From: Paraphysomonas bandaiensis
Taxonomy: Eukaryota; Protista; Chrysophyceae
Direction of reading: 5' to 3'
DNA length: 46,520 nucleotides
NCBI GenBank assembly: GCA_965644295.1
Contig: CBFFRP010000590.1
Coordinates: 1 to 46,520 of the forward strand
This document shows, piece after piece, positions 22,601-36,500 of the stretch (position 1 is the stretch's first letter; each line of letters opens with the position of its first letter). Below the pieces are notes generated by a model. That model was not told the origin of the DNA. It saw nothing but the letters and a program-made list of their open reading frames with translations, and searched no databases. The translations under genes were made by a program, and so were the position numbers.

Positions 22601-25600
22601 AGTTGAAAGAGTCTTTGGACCAGCGGATGGGTTGTGTCATTGTCGGTCCGTCTGGGTGTGGTAAGAGTTCACTCTGGAGGGTATTAAAAGCAGCCCTTGT
22701 CAAGTAAGTTTATTCTTAAAATCCTGAATTTCAATTTTTAACTTGATGCTGACAGGTGTGGACAAGCCGTCGTAACCCATGTCATGAACCCCAAATCGAT
22801 GCCTCGCGAGCGTCTGCTGGGACACATGGATTTAGACACACGCGAATGGTCGGATGGTGTACTTACAGACGCTGCGAGAAAGGTTGTACGAGAGCCCAGT
22901 GAGGTCAACTGCTGGATTATATGCGATGGTGATGTTGATCCGGAGTGGATAGAGTCACTTAATTCTGTGTTGGATGATAATCATCTACTTACTCTTCCGA
23001 ATGGTGAGCGTATATCGTTCGGTGATAATGTTAACTTCCTTTTCGAAACCCACGACTTGAAGTATGCGTCTCCTGCGACTGTATCACGAATGGGAATGAT
23101 TTTTCTCTCCGACGAAGACCTGGATGTCGGCCGACTCATTCAGCGTTGGATCTCCACCATCGACCAAGATCGTCGTATGGCAATGTCTTCTTGGATTGAC
23201 GAAATGTTTTACAAGGCGTTGGAGTTCGTGCAGCGTTGCGAGTACGTGGTGGATACGACTTTGGTGGGAACGATTATGAACGCTCTCAGTCAATTGAAAT
23301 CAGCGAATTCTAGGAACGAGTTTATATGTGCTCTGATACGAGGTATTGGTGGAAACATAAGCTTCGCACAGAGAACTGCTCTTGCAAAGGAGGTATTCCA
23401 GTGGGGAGGGGAACGTCCACCAGATTTAGGTGCACCTCTTGATTGTGACGCCGATGGAAGCTCATTCGAGCAATACATCCCCGCCCAGGGCGGTATGGTG
23501 GATGACCTTACACTACGCGACATTGGTGACAAAGCGGTCATTCGTACGATAAGCGTGCAGCGCACACTATCTCTCCTTAAACCTTGGATAAAAAACTTCG
23601 AACCTTTTATTCTCGTTGGACCTGAGGGGTGTGGTAAGAGCATGATTATTAACCATGCCTTCCGTCAAAGAAAGAACACTGGAATTGCAACTCTTCACTG
23701 CAATGCTCAAACCACTGCAGATGATGTAATCAGTAAAATATCCCAGACATGTTCTCTGTTTTCTTCACCAGAGGGTAGGGTGTACCGTCCTCGTGATTGC
23801 GAGAGGCTGGTGCTATACCTCAAAGACATCAACTTACCACGACCGGATCAGTATGATACGTGTCAGTTAATTGCTTTCTTGCAGCAATTAATCACTTTCG
23901 AAGGATTTTACGATGAAGCACTTGAGTTCTTAAGGCTAGAGAGAATTCAAATTGTAGCATCAATAAATGCCGCAACCACTGTCGGTAGGCATCAGCTTAG
24001 CACGAGGTTCACAGCCGTCGTTAGAATCGGAGTTGTGGACTATCCCGAGACATCTGAGCTTGTTTCTGTGTACAATGCCTTCTTGCAAGTTGCGCTCGGT
24101 AGTTGCAAATTACTCGACAATAAATACCACTCAGAGTCCGAAACTAATAAACTCTCTCAAGCTATGGTAGAAATCTATCAAAAGACAAGAGAAAAGTTCA
24201 CTGTCGATGACAGGCGACACTATCTCTTCACTCCTCGCGACATTACACTGTGGGTTAAGAACTTATGTCGATACGACCTTGCAAATGAAGAGATCATGGA
24301 CGTTATTGCACACGAGGCGTGCAGAATATTCCGTGACCGCCTGGTTGGGTCCGAGGCTATTGGAAGGTTTGACCAATTATTGGGAGCAGTACTGCGATCC
24401 CATTTCAAAGTCAATATTAATCTCCAGGAGTTGTTTTTTACGAGCCTCACGTCCGCTCGTGGTGGCGGTGGGGCCGGCAAAGGGGAGAGTAAGGGGGAAG
24501 ATGCTGGGTCAAATGTTATGGGTGGAAATTTGTACCGAATGTCAGAAACAGATTTTTCCAAGCTTGTTGGTCAGGGTATTATGTACTACGAACGCGAAGA
24601 AAAGGATTTGAATATGCTACTGTTTTCTGAGATGTTGGAGCACGTGGCCCATGTGGATAGGGTACTAAGTAGTGCAAATGGACATTTGCTGCTCGTCGGG
24701 CGATGTGGTGTTGGGCGAAGAAACGCCGTCACGATTTGCGCATACATGCTTGGATATGAGTTCCGCACTCTGTCGGTGTGCCGCGATTATGGTGACAAAC
24801 AGTTTGGTGAGGATATTAAGAGTGCTATGCAAGCAGCGGGAGTCAAAGGCGAACATACTGTTCTGCTAGTGGAGGATTTCCAGATTGTATCTGAATCCAT
24901 TCTTGAAGTGATCAACTCTTTGTTGAGCTCGGGAGAAGTACCTGGGCTTTATACACACGAAGAGCTGGAACCACTACTGAGTCCGCTGCGTGAGGAAATG
25001 CAGGAAGATGGTAGATTCCGTACACCGTATGAGTTCTTTGTGTCCAGAGTAAAGAAGAATCTTCACATTGCTTTGTGCATGGATCCAGGTCACCCTCAGA
25101 TGCTCTACAGATGCGAATCTAATCCTGCGCTGTACTCGCAATGTGCGGTGATGTGGATTGGGGAGTGGAGGACCGTCAGTTTGAGAATCATTCCCACTCT
25201 CATGGATGGTATCAGTGACCTTGTAACTGGTGGAGACATGGAGGAGAGCGAGGAGAAGTCTGGTGGCATCGAGGATTCGAAGAGTGGAAGAGAGTCCAAG
25301 AGAGATCGGAATGAATCAAAGTATGCGGATGACAACTTCGATGGCGACCGTTTGATTCATATGATTCTGTCGATTCACAAATCCTGTAGCACTCAGGGCG
25401 CCTCACCTAAGGATTATATGTGCTTCCTTAATACCTGGTATACCATGTCATCTCTAAAGAAACAGGAGCTTCAACAGGAATTGAATCACCTCGAAGCTGG
25501 ATTATTTAAGCTCGACTCTGCAGCTGAAGTTGTTCACGACCTTCGCACAAATGCTGCTCAGCAGGAGAAAGATCTTCGGGTAGCACAGACTGCTGCCGAT

Positions 25601-28600
25601 AAAGCTATGGAAGATATCAGCAATGCATTTGATGGGGCCAGAGAGCGTAAGACTGAGGTAGAAGAAATTAAGAAAAGTGTTGCTGAAAATGAGGAACAAA
25701 CTCAACGCCGGAAGAGCGAGATTGAGGAAGAGCTATCGAGTATACAGCCTATTCTCGATGCTGCCAAGCAAGCTGTCGGTGGTATTCGACCGGAGCATCT
25801 AAACGAGATTCGTTCTCTAAGTGCCCCTCCAGAAGCAATTGCAGATGTACTCGCTGCTGTTCTTATGATGCTGGGCGTGCAAGACTTGTCTTGGCTTTCC
25901 ATGAAGAAGTTTCTTAGCAACAGAGGTGTGAAGGATGATATCCTTAACTTTGATGTCAAGAGAATCCAGGGTGGTCTACGAGATAAAGTGGGAAAGCTTG
26001 TAAAGAAGAAGGCGACAAGTTTTGACGCAGCGAATATTCAGCGCGTGTCTGTTGCCGCTGCTCCCCTTGCGGCTTGGGTAAAGGCGAACATCAGGTATTC
26101 TATCGTGTTGGAGAAAATAGTCCCACTTGAGGAAGAACTTGCGGAAGAAGTTGCCAAGCTCCACAAATCCCAGAAGCGATTGCAGAGATGCGAAGACGAA
26201 TTAAATGAGCTTGATGATAAGGTTGCAGCCCTGAAAGTTGATTTCGCCAATAGAACTGCGGAAGCTGAACGTTTGAAGCGAAACCTACAGATTGCAGGTA
26301 CAACACTTGATAAGGCAGAGGGACTAATTGGTCAGTTGGGTGGTGAACAGACTCGCTGGAAGAGTCAAGCCCGACAGCTGCGCGGTGATATAGCGAAGAT
26401 CCCCATGCGCATGCTACTTGCTGCAGGCTTTACTACTTATCTCGCAAAGGCACCTGAAGACACAAGGTCCCGCCTTCTTGGAGAGTGGGCAGATGTAACC
26501 GGGATTGAAAATTTCTCTTTCAAACGAGCCATGAGCACTGAGAGTGAGCTGTTGCAGTGGAAAGCAATGGGGCTTCCGGCCGATGAGCTATCCCAGGAGA
26601 ATGGCCTTGTAATTGTTAATTCGCCTGATCGGGTACCGTTTATTATTGATCCCGCATCTGCATGCACGGAGTGGCTGAAAGCTGTTTTATCGAAAGATAA
26701 ACACCGTCCACTGGAAGTGGTCACGAACCACGACAATCGGTTCACGAATCAGGTTGAACTGGCAGTACGGTTCGGTAAGACGCTTCTTGTCCTTGAGGCG
26801 GATGGTGTCGAACCGATGTTGTACCCTATTTGCCGGAAGGACCTCATCCACCAGGGACCCAGATATGTTGTCAGTGTCGGAGATAAGTTAGTGGACTTCA
26901 ATGAGGGCTTCAGACTTTATTTGGTTACAAGGAATCCTGAGCCTGACATCCCGCCTGATGCAGCTGCGCTGGTGACTCAGGTGAATTTTACTGTCACTAG
27001 AAGTGGGCTGGAGGGACAGCTATTAGGGTTGGCTATTCAGAATGAACAGCCCGAGCTTGAAAAAGCGAAAGGAGAGATGCTGCGCAAAGAAGAAGACTTT
27101 AAGGTTCAGTTGGCTGCGTTAGAAAAAGAACTTCTGCAGGCGTTAGCTACAGCGGAAGGAAATCTTCTTGAGAACACAAGTTTAATAGAGTCTCTGACGG
27201 CCACTAAGGAGAAGTCTGCTGAAATCGAAGATGCTCTTGTGAAGAGCGCAGAAGCTTCTGTGAAGTTGGACGAACAACGTGAAGTCTACCGCCCGTTTGC
27301 TCACGATGGCTCCAAACTCTTTTTCCTAGTGAAGGCGTTGCAGTCCGTTAATCACATGTATCAATTCTCCCTGGCGTCGTTTATTGACCTGTTTAAGTTA
27401 TCTCTGACCAGTGATATCAAGTCGAACTCCACTGAGGAACGCTTGCAACTGCTTTCGTCTGATTTAGAAATCCGAGTTTTGTACTTTATCGGCCGGGCGC
27501 TATTCAAACAGGACAGGCCAATGTTCGCCCTTCATTTGGTGAAAGGTATGCATAGCGACCACTTCCAACCTAAAGAATGGGATATTTTCACTGGAAACCT
27601 TGTTGCATCGGTGGTGGAAGGGGTGCCCAAGGGATTCCCGTCCTGGGCGCCTTCAGATCGTCAAAATGCCTTTCGTTTGCTCGCAGAACACCTTCCTCAT
27701 TTAGTTCATGGCTTGGAGTTCGAGAGTGGGTCGAAGTGGCAGCGTTTTTCATCTTCTCTCGAAGCAGAGAGAGATTTCCCACCACTCAAAGGAGTCAGTT
27801 CATTCCAGAAAGTGTTAGTCGTACAGGCACTGCGTCCAGATCGTCTCCAATCTGCTCTACTTCACTTTTGCTGTGATATTCTCCGAATTGAATCCCTCTC
27901 ACCACCATCAATGTCTCTTGCGGATTTGCACAGTGAAAGTCATCCACTGTCACCATTGCTTCTTCTCTCTTCTCCTGGCGCGGATCCTTCTAAAGAGCTC
28001 CAGGAGTATGCGGCCAAAACCGTTGGGATGGGACAGTATGAGGAATTGGCTATGGGTGGTGGGCAACAGGACATTGCCATGCATATGTTGCGCTCAGCTG
28101 CTACCGAAGGCTCCTGGATTTGTCTTAAGAATCTTCATCTGGTTGTTGCGTGGCTTCCTACCTTAGAAAAGTGCCTGTCTTCATTGGAGCCACATCCTGA
28201 TTTCCGTCTGTGGTTAACGTCTGAACCTCACCACAATTTTCCTTCTATATTACTCCAGGAGTCACTGAAGGCAACCTTTGAGTCACCTCCAGGGGTTAAA
28301 AAGAATCTGCAGCGAACTTTCGACATTTGGGGACCTGAGATGTTTGAAGGAATTTCCCCAGTGGAATCACGCCTTCTATTTTTACTAGCATGTTTCCACA
28401 GTGTTGCTCAGGAGCGGAGGAACTATATTCCTCAGGGTTGGACGAAATTCTATGAATTCTCATATGGCGACTTGAAAGCTGGCACGTATGTGATGCAGGT
28501 TAGTTCCCATTAGGTGTAGAATATAAAATGTCTCCTTAACCTCGGTCGACGCGTAGGCGTTATCGCACGGCAACGAATCCATAGACTGGGACGCAGTATA

Positions 28601-30019
28601 TGGTCTCATGGAGGACGCCATCTATGGTGGCAGAGTAGACAATATCTTTGATCTGAGGGTCTTAAGAACATATCTGAAGTAAGTTTGTGCGTGCCACCTT
28701 ATTTGTGATCATTCGTATGTGATAGGTCGTTCTTCACAAACAATTCCGTCACAGACGCTGGGGCTGGGAGGGAGGTATTACCCGGCACTCCACTTAGAAT
28801 GCCATTGAAGCCTGACTTCGAGGCATTTAAGAAAACTATTAACCAGGTACAGTTTACTGGGAAACTACTATGCGAATCATATGTGAACTTAGCTTCCCGA
28901 CATTGACCCACCTTATATATTCGGTCTGCCGGATAACATCGAGCGGAGTTTGCAGCGTACGACTTCTGCAGCCGTGATTCGACAGTTGAGAGCCTTATCT
29001 GCACTGGACGTGGAAGCCTCAAAGTTTGATAGAGAGAAGTGGCGTGTACAGGTGCCACTCTACTATTACAATGTGTATATGCTCTAATTTTGACGTCATA
29101 GTTGGGGCCTGTGTTGGATTTATGGCAGCAACTTACTTCTTCCAGCCCAGGAGTTCTTCAAGGTAAAGGATCTAGAGTTCCAGGGCAGAAAGAAGCGGTT
29201 CAGTCCTCCGGGAACTCCTTGGATGATTTTGTTGTTATGGAGAATAGACTTGCCGTTGGTATGTGTGCATTGGTAGACAGTACGCTCTCGGCGCTAAAGA
29301 AGGTCCACATTCTTGCCGAAATATTTTCTTGTAGTAACATCTTATACCAGGTCTTATTTGGGTCCGGACTTTTGACTCCTGCCATTCAGACTGCTGCTGC
29401 CGCGCTCTTGGCGGGTAGAACACCACCTGAATGGAGTTCTCGCTGGGAGGGGCCAGAGAAACCACAAGCTTGGCTGAGCGAGCTTGTACGAAAGCGTCTT
29501 GCTCTCCTCAAATGGCAGGCGGCATCTTCTCGCGGCGCCTTATTGGACGAGCCGAGGTCATTGGGTGACCTGTTTAACCCAGCAACATTCGTGAATGCGC
29601 TCAGACAACAGACCGCTCGACTGCTTGATACTGCTATCGACAGAGTTAAGCTCGTCTGTCAGTGGGACACCAAGAGGGGTAGTGGTATTCAGGGCTTTGC
29701 GAGCAAATGTAATTGCCCCCTTCCCTGCCAGCTTACGTCTCTTTTACTTCAAGGAGCTGCATTTGGAAACGGTGTCCTGCAAGAGTCACCTCCGGATGGA
29801 TCGGAACTTTCTATCACTGCAGATGTAATGATCGGGTTTATTGCAAAGGACAGCAGAGACGACCCTTACAACTCAGTTGACACCATATCGATTCCTGTAT
29901 ACTTTTCACCATCACGAGAAGAGTTCCTTATGGAACTGAAGATGCCAATATCTGATGCTGTGGACGGCTCGAAGTGGACCCTAGCAGGCGTCTCTCTCTT
30001 TCTGAATGGGGATGAATAG
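16630..30019 (+). CDS. DYNC2H1: Cytoplasmic dynein 2 heavy chain (retrograde IFT dynein, DHC1b), ~4345 aa
   Basis: AAA1 [36 protein letters not shown] (dynein-2 type), further P-loops GPSGCGKS, GPEGCGKS, GRCGVGRR. Seven introns (16758-16808, 22704-22755, 28499-28556, 28679-28725, 28847-28892, 29052-29101, 29303-29350) join into one frame. Confidence 0.95.
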
Positions 30020-31673
30020 GTACAGAATCATGTAGCCATTGCTCGACATCAGGAGGTATTTTTGCGTATACGTAGGTAACATACCTGTTAAAAAGTAAAA
30101 TGTAGTTATGTGGGAGTATTAGGGAATAATTAAGTATAGCATTCATATGAATACAGTGTTTATTAGTGGCACATTTATTACTTCATGTAGCGAACTGTAT
30201 AGACAGCAGATATTAAGATTCATTTCAACTCTGTTGAGGAGCTCAAGTTGGACTATGTTGTTCTGTGATTTATGTGGACAAAGGGCTGGGTGCCGCTTAC
30301 CTTCGCATTGAGGTGGCATTTGAACTCAGCAGTAACTTTTTTAAGTCTTGGATATGAATATATATATATTATGTCACTTATGTTTGAATTGGACATTGCA
30401 CTGAAGTCACTTGCTCCACACGTAAACCTTAAACTTGCTTTGTTGCACACAACGTACTTTCAAGAAAGAATGACAATTATTAATCTCAACAATTTATAAC
30501 ATATTCATCTAACACCTTGTGGACATCTGTTCTCAGAATCATATGTTCACCAGTCACTTTTATACATATTATTATTCAGCTATCCTTGTTTGGCCATGCC
30601 AAAATCTCAAGCGTTTGGAGTGTTTATGGGCTATGATGGGGGAGTCTACACTACCATGTTTATGGCTATATTAGAATATGGATCTTATTCTAGTATATTC
30701 AGTATGTCACTTGAAGACAATTTACGAGAATACAGTGAAATATAGTGACGTACAAATGCTGTGATGATATTGAGAAACTGAAATAGTTTGATCTTTCAAG
30801 ATATGTTCAATAACGAGAGGTTCGCATATGTAGAATATTATGCGTGGATTAAAATGAGTTAGTGTTGGTTATCACAACTTCGTGTAAACGTTATTAATAA
30901 ATCTATCTAGTCTTACGACAAATTCTCTCTGTGATCTACCTTAAAATGAGCAATTTTCAACAGGTTAGAGTGGCATGAGAGTGACTATACTACCATGGTG
31001 AAGGCTATTATAGCAGAGCTAGAATATTCACGGTCCGGGCATTCATCGGACTAACTCTAATCTACAGGTACTTTATTAAGAATTACGCAAGTACTGTTGC
31101 ACCGTTTCATGACTTAACACGGAAAGGAGTAAATGTGCACCCCTCTTCTTGTGTGTGTAGCGGAGCCATGGGGAGAAGAACATGAGATAGCCTGGCCAAA
31201 CTGGGATAGCTGAACAATATTTAAAGTAATAGTTTAACGCCAAGGCTTTACACTGGTCTTCTTCTCCTTCTTCTCACACTTCTGAAACAGCAGATATAGT
31301 TCCAGCGTCACTGTACACTGGTGACCCAACATGCATGTTGCATCTCTCCGCTGTAGGGCGATTCATATATACCTAATTATCTACCGTGACACTCTCCAAA
31401 AAAACTCTGAGGCTTGCAGCTCTTCTGGGTCACTCTATAACCTCTAAATGTGTCTCTAGTATTCTTGACCTTTCTACATCATTTCATATTTTCGCCTGAC
31501 ATATTTTTTATGATATTCTTTGATAAATAAATGATGTTGTTGAAGTCCAGCCCCCTTAATCAACATATGTCGATATACCTCAAGTAGCTTACTCTTAGAA
31601 ATGTGCCTGCTCTGTAATGCAGGATATCTAATGACTCTTGCTGGCGAGTGCACTCATATAACACGACTTTATC

Positions 31674-32368
31674 CACCTCCGTTACAAAAAAATGACAGAC
31701 TTCGAAGAAATACTTGATCAAAACTTCGTCTCACTTCGTATCAGAGAAACTGCCTACAGTATATCTAGGACAAATCATACTCCAACGGCAGAAACAGAGC
31801 CAAAAGGAAAAGTGGAATCGACACCACTCTCCAAGCAGCATGCACTGACTGCACATGCAAAAAAAATAGCATTTCCCCACATGGTTCTTAGCTGTCTCCA
31901 AAGTGACATGGTCCACATTAGGACAGAACCACGCTCCCTTCACGCAACAAACTCAACTGAGATTTCCGCCTCAACCCCACCCTACCAATGACACTACCCG
32001 CCACACACAATTACATACCCGTATTCAATCTTCACTAACCCTACGGAGTCTACATACATCCAGCCAAACACATACGCTGCCCAAAGGACGACCCCATGAC
32101 TAACCACATACATCGGAACGGTTGCACCAAGGTGCTTGCAGCAATGCACAAGTAGTTCCGAAGAGGTAACAGTCCAGGAGAAGAACACACGTATATCTAA
32201 CATAGCTCCAATATTAACTTTATCTGCATCAGTACTAGATAACGTAGTAGAAAAAATCAACCCTTAATGACATTGCCCATTAAAAATCAGACATTTATAC
32301 TAATACACCTCCGTTACAAAATGACAGACTTGTCGCGGGAGAACTGGAAATACTTTATCAAAACTTCG
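31674..32368. repeat. Imperfect direct repeat pair (31674-31728 and 32306-32368)
   Basis: cacctccgttacaaaa(aaa)tgacagactt...gaaatactt.atcaaaacttcg occurs twice. Confidence 0.85.
31729..32295 (+). pseudogene. Decayed 3' fragment of a non-LTR retrotransposon (C-terminal CCHC region)
   Basis: Translation YI*DKSYSNGRNRAK...ACTDCTCKKNS../fs/HMVLSC...MVHIR resembles a LINE ORF2 C-terminal zinc knuckle. C/A-rich strand bias like the sense strand of the element at 1-5250. Contains stops and frameshifts. Confidence 0.45.
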
Positions 32369-33254
32369 GATATACTCGCCGATGGTAATCCTGAGATATG
32401 ATTGATAACAGAATTAAATTGTGATACCAACAGAATTAAATTAAATAGGATTTGAAACCCAATAGTACTCTAAAAAAACGTTTAAAACGTTACTATTTTC
32501 TCTGTCCATCTGGAAACGTTCCTTGTATACATGAACGGCACCATGTGTACCTGAGCATCGTATATGTGATATTGCCTGTGCTTTAGCTAACGTTATCGCC
32601 GATAAAAAAGATAAATTCTGTGAAAGGTTTAACTTGTCGGATATGGGTGCAGTGGAATGTGGGAGTCACTCGTCGACACTATGAATATAACTTGATCATT
32701 GTGGATTTAAAAACCATAATATTTCCATTTTTGTTTTTAATGTTCTCTCCTCATCTTCTACAATTAATTCTACCTTTGACTATAGTGCTCTTTATTATAG
32801 GAAAGTTTAAATTTCAAAATTATCTTTATAAAGTAGGTATTTTAAATAAAGTGTTTATTATAGCTTTGTAACTTTAAGCCCTGTTTACAGAGGACGTTGT
32901 ATGAAGCATAGCGAAACGGAAGACAGCAAAGATTTAATCTTAATAATAGTAAGAATAATTTTGTGATTATTTGAATGAAAAAGTGATGAGTATGAACACA
33001 GCAATGTAAGAAGTGAATAATGATGTAGAATGTAGAATATAACTACACGTGCAACGGAATAATTAGAAATGTAACTGACAAACTAACAATGACGATCGTA
33101 TAATTACGATCATGAATCTTCAATAGATACTACCACTAATTCAATTGTGATATATTTCATTGAACAGTACAATTCACATACACTATCGTATCTTAAGATG
33201 GACCTTTATAACGACGCACGAAGGAAAGTTCATAGATTTTTTCGATAGCATTTC

Positions 33255-33574
33255 TGTTGAGTTTTGCTGTTTGTGAGCAATTAAAAGCTGTAGTTTCCAA
33301 GATATTAGAATTATATCCGTTACTCAAAGAATACAGTAGTAGCTAGCTGTAGTATGAGAACCAATAATATGATAGCCATTGTAGTGATAAAACTGAAATA
33401 TACTGACTGTACAAGATAGTGACGATGTAAGATCGTACTAGAAATGGTTGGTGTAGTAGAGATAGAAAGAGTTGGTGAACGTCAATGAATGAAGTATGGT
33501 ATCTCTTATAATTATATAATATTCCATATAAGTGTTAACAAAGGTCTTATTACTAAAAATGTCTATTTCTAACA
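33255..33574 (+). repeat. Copia 5' LTR
   Basis: Identical by eye to 38448-38767. Confidence 0.97.
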
Positions 33575-36500
33575 TGGTAGCAGACAGTAGTTCGGAGTGG
33601 AAACTTCTTCCTAAATTTGATCAGTTCGGTGTAGTGAATTGGTCAAAGAATCTGAAAGTGTGGTTGATGAGGAAGAACAGGAACCATCTGGGTCTAGAGG
33701 ACCGTCCAGTAAGACCAGCAAATAATGCGCCAGTGACAGTCCGAAATAAGTACAAGGAGGATCTGGACAAGTGGCTGGAGAGGAAAGACACGTGCATCAG
33801 TTCGATATTTGAAGCTGTTCAACCAGTCGCTGAAGCCCTTGAGATCGTGGATCAGTACTTCCGGGAAAAGGATATGCTCCCGCAGGACCATCCTGATAAA
33901 GAGCAGTTAGCGAGTGAACTCATCTCTAGGTTAATTGTTCGGTTTCGAGGGGAAATCCAATATGAATTAGTTGAATTGAATAAGAAGTTTGCAGGATTCA
34001 AAATTCTACCGGGGGAACTCGTGTGCGCAGCAATCGATCGACTAAACGGCATCTGTCAAAAAATGTCCGAGTTGGGGGAACCACCCACTGACATCGCTAA
34101 AAAAACGAAGTTACAGACTGCCCTCGAAACACGAAGCGATTTGGAGCAATTGTACACCAATCTCTACCTACAAGGTGACATAACCTTTATTGATATGATC
34201 ACCATATGCAGGAGATACGATCAGGCAAAAGGTGTCCCGAAAGAAGGCACCGACGAAGTAAACATGAATTCCACTGCTGATGAAAATGAGGTGTGCAGCT
34301 ATCCCAAATGTGGCAAACGGGGTCACTCACAGAAATCGTGCTGGAAGAAGAAGAGAGACCTTAAGATCGCGAAATTAAGAAGGCAGGGAAAGAGTCGTGG
34401 CGCTAGGAATCGATCTGAGAGTCGCAGAGACAACAACGAGAAGAAAAAATCAGATGGCTGCTATGTATGTGGAGACACCAGACATCGTGCGTATAAGTGC
34501 AAATTTCGTGCTCAAGTACGTAGTGACTCTGCCCAAGGAGACAAAAACCGGCCATTTTTGGACGAAAAGCCTGCAAAACGCACAGATTGGAATCGTTTTT
34601 TGCGGAGAGAGGAGCAAGAGGAAGATTCGGACTCTGTGAACATGATTATGTATGAGGAACCGCATGATGATTCATGTGTCTCTGAAGAGGTGCTACACAC
34701 TTCCGATGAACCCGTGTATTTAGACAGCTGTGCCTCTAATAAACTGTTCATTGTTAAGGACAGAAATTTCCTTCATACGGTCAAGAAGGAGGATGGAAAT
34801 ATACAGACAACCAGAGCTGGATCCAGTTTACACTATGAGGAAACTGGAGGCTTTGGCGATTGGACTGACATCAAGATCTGCCCTGGATCAGTCAAGAATA
34901 TCTGCTCTGGAGGAATACTCCGTTCTCACGGGTATGGATTGCAGTTGTTGAACAAGCCCACTGTTGTGCGACTTGATACTGGGGAGACTGTATTGGAGGC
35001 AACCTACTCAAGCAACGGAATGCCTTATGTAAATTTACAGGAAATACTTGATCTTCCAAATTTGACAATGCTGGAGGAAGTATATTTGTCCGACAAGGTG
35101 CATGAAGATCCGTTAGAGATGTTACACAAGCGCTGTGGACACGTCAGCAAACATAAGCTGATTGAAGCGTTTAAACACAGACTTTTTACCGGGAGCGGAT
35201 TAACCCGACGACATCTCAGCAAGAAGAGTTTACGAAAAATGAAAGGTATTTGTAAAGCTTGCGCAAAATCAAAGATGACAAGGAAATCATTCACCGCAAA
35301 GAGAGATGACGAACTGCAAGCTACAGAGTTCCTTGAGAAGGTTTCTGTGGACATTGCTGTATATTTCAATTGCCCATCCAGACAAGGATACAAATATGTT
35401 CTGACATTATCAGATATAGCCACCAAGGAGTTTTGGGAATATCCGTTGGAGACACGGTCTGCGAATGAGGTGTTGAGTTGCGTGAAGGACTGGGTTGAGC
35501 GTAAACTCCCTACATATCCCGGTTCACACCGGTTGATACAGTACCATTCGGATGGGGGGCTGAGTTGATCGACAAGTCCATTCAGCAATACTTAATGAGC
35601 AAGTTTGGAACTAGCATCACTTGGAGCTCCACAGACAGCCCTGAGATGAATGGTGTATCTGAGCGTAGGAATCGAACATTGGGAGAAATGACTCTGGCTC
35701 TGTTAATGGACTCAGGATTACCCGTAATTTTTTGGTGGGATGCTTATGTATATGCATGCATGATAGTTCGACGAATGCCTACACGTACATATCGAGGTTG
35801 GATGTCTCCAATGGAATGCGTCCCAGGAGGTTCAGTCCCTGACTTATCGAGATTTCGACGCTGGGGGTGCAAGGCTTATGTGCTTATTCCCAAAGGTGAT
35901 CGTCGAAAGGACTGGCAGGAGAAGTCGCAGACTGGGTATTTCATAGGTCTATCCAATACGAAAAAGGGATCCCGTGTGTGGCTTGGTGACAAAGAAGTCG
36001 TATCAGTACATGTTCTGTATGATGAAAGTATACCTCCAAGAGATAAGGAGTACTATGCAGAGCTTGAAGAGGCCTTAGTCAAAACTGACCCATTAGATCG
36101 ATCAGTTGAAGAGTTTAAACATCTGATTGGTTCGTATCATGTGGACGACGGGTTTCTCTTTAAGACTACGAGAGTTGTGGTGCGAAAAGGACTAATTGTG
36201 GCGTTTAGGGCGCTAGTAACTGCTGGGAAAGAGCAGATAGAAGAAAAAGTCCCTATTCACGTACGTGATATTGCCGAGTTGACTGGTGACTATAACCGCA
36301 GGCTGTACTCAAAACCTCGTTCTTGTGACGACAAGAGAGGTGGATCGTCATCTACGCCGGCTTCGGGTGACACGCCCAATAAGTCTACGGCGGATGAGAT
36401 TCCAGGGAAGAGAATGTCCCTTCGTACTTTGCCGGAGAGTAGTGCGGGTGCTGTACCGAGTGGGGTCAGCGCGAATCGTGTCTTTGAGAATGTACCTTCT

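Noticed and set aside
17004-29828. Many short antisense or alternate-frame ORFs inside the dynein gene
   Set aside because: Shadow ORFs of a long coding sequence with no recognisable motifs.
16810-30019. Three separate dynein genes or a split gene
   Set aside because: The ORFs are joined by canonical ~50-nt introns into one in-frame CDS.
30253-31400. Possible gene remnant downstream of dynein
   Set aside because: Only short open stretches with no recognisable motif or consistent exon structure.
35554-35559. Programmed ribosomal frameshift in copia pol
   Set aside because: Falls inside the integrase catalytic motif at a G homopolymer; an error or mutation is more likely.
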